IMG/VR virus record: IMGVR_UViG_3300027741_000029
Location: 32,001-96,000 of that record
From: a virus
Reading direction: 5' to 3' (one strand)
Length of the DNA: 64,000 bases
Below, one piece after another: positions 1-8,700 of the stretch (position 1 is the first letter of the stretch; each line of letters starts with the position of its first letter). The notes beneath the pieces are model-generated. The model did no database searches, was not told where the DNA came from, and saw nothing but the letters and a program-made list of their open reading frames with translations. The position numbers were made by a program, and so were the translations under genes.

Positions 1-2
1 CA

Positions 3-3000
3 GTAGAACAACTTGCACACATTAGCGATAAGGCGTTGGACGATGCATATCATTATGGGTTATCTACACCAGGTGCTAACTTTGGTTGGTTAGCAAATAT
101 TGAAAGTGCAACCGCTGCCAAGCGTATGATTGATAGTGGTATTACCGATGTAGATGCAATTGCCAACGCTATCCACGATGGTTGGAACAAGACCGCAATG
201 GCTGATTATATGGGCAAGTTGCAGTTAGATGCGCCTACAATTCCCGATAAGAAAAAGAAGCGTTATGCACTTGCCCAACAAACTTATGGTCAGTTGCCAG
301 AAGTAGAAAAAGAAAAAGACCGTGTAGTTGCTCGTGCTATGTTGAAGGCAATGGGTATCGTTACCGAAGCGCCAGGTATTGGTGGCGATTGGGGCGATAA
401 TCCTAAACTTGTAAAGCGTGGTAGAGCACCGTATAAACCAAACATAGACAATACCTATTATGGTTCTACGCACGGAGTTGATCTTGACCTATACGGTTTA
501 CCAAAGTATGAATTAGACGAAGACCTAACACCAGACCAATGGGCAGAGTTGCGCATTGCTGATCCAAAAGCCTATATGGGCAATAAGGATTATACTAATC
601 GTCGTTGGTGGACTCTACAGTTTAAGAAGGCTCGTGCTGCTGCTCGTGAGAAGGGTGCGCAACGCTTTGAGTTCCCACCAGGTTCCAAGAACAGTTATAT
701 GGTTGCACCTGACTTGGCAAACGAAGATACTGATCAACCAGATAGCAGCAACAATTCTGTTCGTAATCAGTTGAATGCTTGGATGGATCAAGACCAAAAA
801 ATTAAAAACCCAACACAGCGGTTGTCACTGCAGAATAAGGCTTGGCAATATATTACCAAAAATATGGATGCCATCCTTGCTGACAAAGGTGCGGATGGTA
901 AGGGAAGTTATCCTGCGGCACCATATGCGGCTTGGTTGCTAGTTCAACATATGGATGCTTATCCACAAAATCAAAGCAAGTTTCTACAACAACTGGAACA
1001 GTCAGGACTTGATCCTGCACCCAATCCTGGCGAAAAAGGAAAGTTACAGTTCTTAAAAGACCGTGTAGCAGTCAATAATGAAATTATAAAATTATGGAAT
1101 GCTGACAAGAATGCTTATAAAGATAAGAATGGACAATTACTTACTAATCCAACAGTAGATGTTCGTGATCCATCAAAGTTTGATGATGCTGATGAAAGTA
1201 AGATTGAAACATCTCGTAATGCGGCATTAAAAAATGCAGTAGAGGCTGGCAATACGCTACTTGTTGCCGCAGTAAATGCTACTAACGCACAAACACAACC
1301 ATCATACCAACAAGAAAGTGTAAGCGAAGGCAAAGTAACACTTTATACTGATCCAGATTATTTTGGTGCAGAAGTAGATGATAGTGGCTTTGATGCATTA
1401 CCGATCATCAATATTCCTACAAACAAACTTGTTGGGTTTGAACCCGATGATAAGATGAAATTACCAAAAGCCCAAGCAAATGTTGCGAAAATTATAGATG
1501 GTCTAGAGAAGAATGAAAATATACCACCTATTTTAGTTCGAAAATATAAGAGTGGTTATCAAGTATTAGATGGACATCATAGATTCTGGGCTTATAAAAC
1601 ACTTAAAAAAGATAGTATACCTGCACGATTAGTTCCTGATAGTGATATTGAAGAAATTAGCAAAAACAAAGTCAATGAAGCAGCAGATGGAACGCAACCT
1701 GAATATCTATGGCATGGTTCAAGAAATAAAATTCCTGTATTAAGCCCAAGACAAGCAGTTGATACTGGTGGTGCAACAGGTAGTAATAAAAATGCTATCT
1801 ATGCTACTGATAATAAAAATTTTGCTATTTTAATGGGTATGACAGAACCTAATAGTGATGTTGCTACTTTTCACACACCTGGCGAACCAATCCAAGGAGT
1901 TTTGTTTAGTGGTAAAATAAGACATGGGCAAAGTATGTATTTGCATATGTTGCCAACAAAAGATGCAGAAGGTAAAGATATTTTTATGCGTGGTTCTGCC
2001 GATGGCGAATATTATAGCAGACCAGATATTGAAGAATTAAAACCTTTAAAAATTATTGTTGTTCCAGTAGATGAACATTTGAATTTAATCAGAAAACCTA
2101 CAAAGAAAGATTTAGAATTACGACAATATTATCTTAATAGAGCAAACCAAAAACAAGAAAGCGTAAGCGAAGCCGCAGAAAAATCAACCAAAGCCGAGGC
2201 AAAGTATCAGGCAATGCCTCGCAATGGTCAACGCTGTGATCATTGCACTATGTGGCGACCACCACACGGTTGTTCGGCTGTTAGTGGCAAGATTGCGGCA
2301 AATGGTTGGTGTTCATATTATAAGCGCAGTCATCGTAAAGATTTAGAAGAAGACAGTGATAAAAGTGAAATCTTCAAATCATTAATTAAAAAATATCAAC
2401 TTGCTGGCAAAAGTGATGAAGAAGCACGAGACGCTGCTATAATTGATTTTGATAAAAGATTTGGTTGGCATAGAACGCTTACACCAGACCAATTAAAATC
2501 ATTAACGGGTGTAAAAAAATTAGAACTTGATGAGGCAGCATCACCAGTGTTGTTCCACTATACAGGTAGTTTGGGTGCAGCACTAAACATTCTTAAGAAC
2601 AATCAGTTTATGTTGAGCATTTCTACTGGTTCGGTAGAAGATCAGTATGCACCAAAAGGTTATGAGTATTTCCTATCTACAACACGCAGTAAGGCAGGCG
2701 GATATCATCAAATAGTTGGCGACACTGGCGTTATGTTTAACCTTGATGGCAATTGGTTTAATCGTCGTTATCCTGTGAAGGCAATTGATTATTGGGCAGG
2801 AATGTATAGAGGAGACCGTCATAGCGAAAGCGAAGACCGTGTATTCTCTCGTGAGCCATCTATGTCAGCAGATGCTATTACTGCTATTCATATCTTGTTA
2901 AAAGAAAAGGGTGAATATGCTAGTCCAAATACTCGTCAGTTGATGATTCTTGCCAAGAAGCGTGGCTTGCCAACCTATCTTTATAGTGATGAAAATGCTT

Positions 3001-5714
3001 GGAGATTACAAAATACTAAGCAAGCAGTACCAGTAAGTGGTGCTCAAGATTTACTGCGTGGTCAGAAGAAAACAGGTTATATCAGCAGCAGTAATTTTGG
3101 CAAGCGAATGTTAAGACCATGGTTAGAACTGATATTCAAGAAAAACCGCAGTGAGTTATCAAAGAAGGCAAATGAACTTCGCTATGGTTTAACATACTGG
3201 AACGGTGGTCAGTTTAGTGATGATCTTGGACTGCGTAATGAAATTTCAAATGCTCGTAAACCTGGTAGTAGTGGTTATCCAGAGGCTACTAAAATTATCG
3301 CAGCAATGCGCAAAATTGGTGCCAATAATGTAAAAGATTTACTAACATTCTTGCACAAGAAGTGGGATGCAGAAGCACAACAACCACTTAAAAGCGACAA
3401 TGATGCACAACGAGCAATTGCTAAAATCCGTGCCGATAGTGCTAAAAAAGAAAGTGTTGAAGAAGCACTTGATCCAAATGAAACACATGGTTGGATTTTG
3501 CCTAACCGCAAAGTTGTTTATGTTGAGAAGGAAGAACATCTGTCGTGGCTTTATAGTAATGACATTGATGGATATGAAGAAGCATTTACCCAAGGATATG
3601 TTCGTTTTGTAAATCTTCCCAATACATTTTTTCTAGAAGGAACATCAAGTGGTCTTAAAAAATTATACAGAGTATATGCAGCATCTGCACTATCAAGACC
3701 AAATATTGCCGTAGATGTTTATTATGGCAATAGAGGAAATGCAACTTCAAGTTATGATTTTACCATGCCACAAGAAAAAACAAAGTTTATGCGCTTACTT
3801 GGACCAAGTTCTGTTGGCGAACACGCTGGCAGCATTATTGGCACAGTAGGCGGCGGTAATGATTATCCTGACCGTCAGGTAGCCACTTTTCCATGGGACC
3901 GTTGGATACAGCCAGATACTGGCAACAGTAAATTAGCGTATGTTGATGACCTTGATGAAGTAAACATGAGTCCATCGGCTCTATCAAAGTTTGCTGCTAC
4001 TCCACAAGCACAGGCAATGACTATTGGTTTTGAAGCAGAAATGCTGGTGCCAGGTTTGGATTACGAAGATGAAGATGCAGACTATGGTGGTGTAAGCCGT
4101 GTGCAGTATGAGTTTCGCAGAGACCCAAGCAATTGGGATTTGAGTAAGGACGCTCCATTTCCAACTGAAAAAGATTGGGCTATACAAGTAGCAGCATGGG
4201 CAAGTAAAAGCGATATGCTTGATTCTGAGGATGTTGGCAATATTCGTGTTGAACTTCGTGATATAAACAAAAATTTTATCGCATATGTGGAAAAGAATAA
4301 AGATGTATCAACTGAAATAGTTAAACCAGAAAATTTAAAATGGATTGCTAATTACATTGACAAGAATACTGCGTGGATGTTAACTAAAAAAGAAATAAAA
4401 CAAGCAATCATAGATAACCCAAATGATTCCGATAGATATAGTGTTGTTTGGGACGCTCGCACAATCTTTATTGAAAAGATGCTAGAAGATTCAACACCAC
4501 AAGAATATGAAGAGTTATGGAAGGCTTATCTTAAAAGATATAATATTAAAAACATAAGTGATTGGTTTATGAGATGGGGACAACCACAAAATGATTATGT
4601 ATTTTACCCATACCTAAAAGGAACCCCACCACAAGACTCTACTGCGATAACCGTAAAAGAACTTGCCGTTAGTTGGAAGGCAGTGATTGGAGCAAATGTA
4701 AAGTATGGCGGTGGATATCATGGCATAAAGCGTGATGGCACTAGTTGGATTCTTGAGCCTGATAGCAGTATTAGTGGTGATGATAACGGTATTGAACTTA
4801 TATCACCGCCTATGCCGCTACAACAAGGCATGGCGGCACTTGATAAGTTCTTCCAATGGGCAGGTCAAAACGGATATTATGGCAATGAATCAACTGGATT
4901 CCATGTTGGTGTTAGCCTACCAGAAGAACTACAATCAAAAATTGACCCACTTAAAGTAGTAATGTTGCTTGGTGATCAATATGTGTTAGACCTATTTGAT
5001 CGTGGCAGCAATGAATATACCAAGAGCAGTCTTGGTGCAGTTCAAAAACTATTTAAATCACGCAGTAGTAATGTGCGACCAGAAGATTATGCTAAATTAT
5101 TGCGTAAAGATTTAGCAAGAACAGCACAAGCAATTGTCAATCGCACGATGAATGGCGGCAACAAGTATGTATCCGTTTATCTTAAATCTAATTATATTGA
5201 GTTCCGCAGTGCTGGCGGAAACTTTATGGAACACATAGACGATATCAAGAATACTGTGCTGCGTTATGTTCAGGTAATGGCAATTGCTGCTGATCCACAA
5301 GCATATCGTGAAGAATATGCCAAGAAACTTTATAAAGTGATTGCTAAAAATATTCCACGAGATGATGACCAACTGTCAAACTTTGCTATGTATGCCAGTG
5401 GTTTAATTGACCAAAATGTGTTGAAGATGCGTTTACAGAAGCGTCAGACCGATAAGGCAGATGCAGCAGCAAGAGCAGCATTTGTTGCTAGCACAAAGAT
5501 TTATAGAGTATGGCTTGGCGACCCACCATATGGTTCTAATCTCTCTGACCCAAAACGCTTTGCTACGCCAAGTGAAGCATATGCTTGGGCAAAATCTTAT
5601 GCAGTTCGTCTTTCAAGCACCTTTGATGCTAAAAGTTTATACTTAGAGCCAGATGATCATAGCATACCACCAATCGTGCTTGACCAACCTGCTTCTGGTC
5701 CATGGCTACAATAA
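3..5714 (+). CDS. Giant multidomain polyprotein, 5'-truncated, probable internal head protein (RyR-like, DUF6624-like, ParB-like, two ART-like, HiPIP-like, amidoligase domains)
   Basis: Frame is open from position 3 (VEQLAHISDKALDD...). Motifs: AAWLLVQHMD..FLKDRV; PPILV..VLDGHHR; LWHGS..IYAT; CDHC..C..GWC; FHYT..STTR..ESEDR; IGFEAE..EPDSS..ELISPP..TGFHV..IEFR. Domains are separated by xxE|A/G linkers. Confidence 0.8.
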   Translation, partial: VEQLAHISDKALDDAYHYGLSTPGANFGWLANIESATAAKRMIDSGITDVDAIANAIHDGWNKTAMADYMGKLQLDAPTIPDKKKKRYALAQQTYGQLPEVEKEKDRVVARAMLKAMGIVTEAPGIGGDWGDNPKLVKRGRAPYKPNIDNTYYGSTHGVDLDLYGLPKYELDEDLTPDQWAELRIADPKAYMGNKDYTNRRWWTLQFKKARAAAREKGAQRFEFPPGSKNSYMVAPDLANEDTDQPDSSNNSVRNQLNAWMDQDQKIKNPTQRLSLQNKAWQYITKNMDAILADKGADGKGSYPAAPYAAWLLVQHMDAYPQNQSKFLQQLEQSGLDPAPNPGEKGKLQFLKDRVAVNNEIIKLWNADKNAYKDKNGQLLTNPTVDVRDPSKFDDADESKIETSRNAALKNAVEAGNTLLVAAVNATNAQTQPSYQQESVSEGKVTLYTDPDYFGAEVDDSGFDALPIINIPTNKLVGFEPDDKMKLPKAQANVAKIIDGLEKNENIPPILVRKYKSGYQVLDGHHRFWAYKTLKKDSIPARLVPDSDIEEISKNKVNEAADGTQPEYLWHGSRNKIPVLSPRQAVDTGGATGSNKNAIYATDNKNFAILMGMTEPNSDVATFHTPGEPIQGVLFSGKIRHGQSMYLHMLPTKDAEGKDIFMRGSADGEYYSRPDIEELKPLKIIVVPVDEHLNLIRKPTKKDLELRQYYLNRANQKQESVSEAAEKSTKAEAKYQAMPRNGQRCDHCTMWRPPHGCSAVSGKIAANGWCSYYKRSHRKDLEEDSDKSEIFKSLIKKYQLAGKSDEEARDAAIIDFDKRFGWHRTLTPDQLKSLTGVKKLELDEAASPVLFHYTGSLGAALNILKNNQFMLSISTGSVEDQYAPKGYEYFLSTTRSKAGGYHQIVGDTGVMFNLDGNWFNRRYPVKAIDYWAGMYRGDRHSESEDRVFSREPSMSADAITAIHILLKEKGEYASPNTRQLMILAKKRGLPTYLYSDENAWRLQNTKQAVPVSGAQDLLRGQKKTGYISSSNFGKRMLRPWLELIFKKNRSELSKKANELRYGLTYWNGGQFSDDLGLRNEISNARKPGSSGYPEATKIIAAMRKIGANNVKDLLTFLHKKWDAEAQQPLKSDNDAQRAIAKIRADSAKKESVEEALDPNETHGWILPNRKVVYVEKEEHLSWLYSNDIDGYEEAFTQGYVRFVNLPNTFFLEGTSSGLKKLYRVYAASALSRPNIAVDVYYGNRGNATSSYDFTMPQEKTKFMRLLGPSSVGEHAGSIIGTVGGGNDYPDRQVATFPWDRWIQPDTGNSKLAYVDDLDEVNMSPSALSKFAATPQAQAMTIGFEAEMLVPGLDYEDEDADYGGVSRVQYEFRRDPSNWDLSKDAPFPTEKDWAIQVAAWASKSDMLDSEDVGNIRVELRDINKNFIAYVEKNKDVSTEIVKPENLKWIANYIDKNTAWMLTKKEIKQAIIDNPNDSDRYSVVWDARTIFIEKMLEDSTPQEYEELWKAYLKRYNIKNISDWFMRWGQPQNDYVFYPYLKGTPPQDSTAITVKELAVSWKAVIGANVKYGGGYHGIKRDGTSWILEPDSSISGDDNGIELISPPMPLQQGMAALDKFFQWAGQNGYYGNESTGFHVGVSLPEELQSKIDPLKVVMLLGDQYVLDLFDRGSNEYTKSSLGAVQKLFKSRSSNVRPEDYAKLLRKDLARTAQAIVNRTMNGGNKYVSVYLKSNYIEFRSAGGNFMEHIDDIKNTVLRYVQVMAIAADPQAYREEYAKKLYKVIAKNIPRDDDQLSNFAMYASGLIDQNVLKMRLQKRQTDKADAAARAAFVASTKIYRVWLGDPPYGSNLSDPKRFATPSEAYAWAKSYAVRLSSTFDAKSLYLEPDDHSIPPIVLDQPASGPWLQ

Positions 5715-5719
5715 ACAGG

Positions 5720-5725
5720 TAAATA
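5720..5725 (+). promoter_or_regulatory. T4-like late promoter motif TAAATA (first of a recurring set)
   Basis: TAAATA lies just upstream of gene starts at 5720, 10454, 11565, 12493, 15738, 18666, 29654, 35668, 45056 and 50543 (+), and at 20183-20188, 57949-57954 and 59226-59231 (-). It resembles the T4 late TATAAATA box. Confidence 0.65.
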
Positions 5726-5730
5726 TATAA

Positions 5731-8700
5731 ATGAAAAACAACAAAGACCTGATCCTTGAAGAAATCCTAAACGAAGTAAACATGAGTCCAGCAGCCCTTC
5801 GTGCGGCGGTGGCAAAGATTCCAAATGCAAAAGCAGGTTTAGAGTTTGAACTTATCGTCACTAATCTTGACGAAGAAGATGATGAAGATTATGATCCATA
5901 TGAGGATTTTGAATCCGAACCAGATTATGACCAAGATGAGCGTGTTTCTACCGCAAGTTTTGGTGCATTGTCGCAAGATGTTATGCAGTTCTTCGCTGGC
6001 GATCACAATAGTCGTCGTGAAGTAAATCGTGCGATTGATTTAATCCGTGAAGCATGGTATGAGTATTTGGATGGACCACTATGGGACACATGGGCAGGCG
6101 ACCGCATACAAGACTTTATTGACAAGCGTTATGGTCGTGATTATAAAAACCAGCAAGAACTGTTCAGTGAAATAGACAGAATTGATCCATATGAAGCGTT
6201 TAGAAAAGAATATTTTGAAGAATGGCGTGATAATATTGAAGATGATGATAATATTGACAGTTATCTTGAACAATTTTTAGAAGATACCTATGGTAACACT
6301 GCTATGAGTGGTTTGGCAAATGATAGCAGTCTTGGTCTATCTTGGCCAAACTGGACTGAACCTGATTATGATTACCGTCCAACTCGTTCTACGGTTGATG
6401 TAGGTGATTTCCGCCGTGCAACAGGTATAAGAACTATCAAGAGCGGCTCTTATCACGGCATTGCAAAGCCAAACGATGCATATGTTATTGAACCAGATAG
6501 CAGCCTATCACCTACTCGTGGCAAAGGCGGCGAAGGTTTAGAGTTTGTATCACCACCGCTAGATATTCCAACAATGATTGACCAAATCAATAAGGTCAAG
6601 GCGTGGGCAAAAGATGGCAATGCTTATACCAATGATAAAACTGGTTTGCATATGAATATTAGTATACCAGGTTATAAGTTAGACAAACTTGATTATGTTA
6701 AACTTGCACTATTTTTAGGTGACAAGTATATTTTAGAAAAGTTTGGTCGTCTTGGCAATTCTTATGCTCGCAGTGCTTTTGACCAGATTGCTTCATTCAT
6801 TAAACAAAATCCAGGCAAGGCAGACCAAGCCGTAGATGCTATGCGTAAGAACTTGAATACGGTTGCATCCAAACTTATTCATAATGGTTATACTGATAAA
6901 TTCACCTCTATCAATACAAAAGATAACCGTGTAGAGTTTCGTTCACCAGGCGGTAATTGGATTGATATGGATACTGATGAAGTAGTGAATACGCTGCTTC
7001 GTGTTGTATATGCTATGAACATTGCTCTGCATCCAGAAATGGAACGCAAAGAATATCAAAAGAAATTTGCAAAACTACTTACTGCTGATAAAAAAGACGA
7101 AACCGATACTATCAAGTATTTTACACAGTTTGCTACTGGAAATATGCCTCGCACAGCACTTGTAAGTTATATTAAAAATGCACAAAGCAAGCGTGATTTT
7201 GCCAAGAAAGCAAAAGCACCGCAACCAAATGTTGTTGGTGGTGACGATGATGATACACCGTATGTAGATTACGATGGGATTGGTGGTATTACATTTCAGA
7301 TTATCAGTCGTATAACTGGCAACCCATGGCAATCATTTGTAGTATCTCCAAGAATGACTTACAGTGATGTATATGATATTGCCACACGCATAGTGCGAGC
7401 AAGTGGTCGTTCATTTGACCTAGTAGCGTTAAGAGATACTCGTGATCGTGATGGTCAAGCAGATGATATTCTAACACGCCAACCATTATCAATTGGCGGT
7501 GATCGAACTGTATCATCTATTCAACCTATGTATGTTATCCGCACATCAAACAATCAAATGGCGGTTACACAGTTTCGTGCGCCAGATAATGAGCAAGCAC
7601 GAGACATTGCTACTCGTTTAACAAGAGAATATGGCTATCGTGATATTGATTGGTTCTTGTCCCTTGCAAACGATGATACGAATACACCAATACCTGGTGC
7701 AGGTACACAGGCACTACAATTGCCCCAAGCAGCAGCGCAACCACCTCGCCAATATTCACAAATAGAAATTGATCGTGGTTATGATATTGCGGGCAATGCT
7801 ATTCCAGCAAATGCAACCGCCACATCTTCTAACATTACTGCTACAAATGGCACAACATATAATATTTTGGATAGTGAAAGTCGTGTTGTTCATACATTTA
7901 ACGCTGCAAGTGTAACTGGTGCTCGTCGTTATGCTGTAAGTTATGCCGAGGAACATAATTTGGCAGCACCTTGGCAATTGGCAGAAGTTCCAAATAGAGA
8001 CGAAAGCCTTGAAGAAAGTATCCTAAACGAAATCAATATGAGTCCTACATCTCTTGAAAAGTTTGCCGATACACCATTTGCCAAGAGTATGAAGGTTGGT
8101 TTTGAAACCGAAATGTATATTCCTGGGCTTGGCGGTGAAGAAGGCGAAGAGGAAGAAGAAGAGGATATGGATGCAAACGAAGAGTTTCCAAGCAGCGCAT
8201 CCTATCGTGATCGTCAGCGTGATGTTATGAACTTCTTTACTGGTGGTAGTGATATCAATACCCGCAGTGATGTTGAAAGTGCATTAGAATCGTTCTATGA
8301 AGCATTTAGTGAATACCAATATGAAACCTATGATAATGAATTTGAAGGCACTGATGATTACAATGACGCAGTTCAAGAAGAATTAGGCGATACTCCTGCG
8401 GACGAAGCAAGTGAGCGAGAACTTGATGATGCCAAAGATAATGTTCGCACCAATTGGATGGAAGAAAACGAAGAATATACTTGGGGCAGATTCATAAGTC
8501 GCAATAGCATTGATGATATGTATGACTTTATGCGTTGGGTAAATCGCAATACTCGTGAATCGCTATCTTGGCCATATTATACATTTAGCAGCAGTAGAGA
8601 AGAACCAACAACAGACATTGGCGATGTTGTAGATGATTTTAGACGCAATACTGGTTATAAGGCACGAGCAAGCGGCGGTTATCACGGAGCAACTCGTGAT

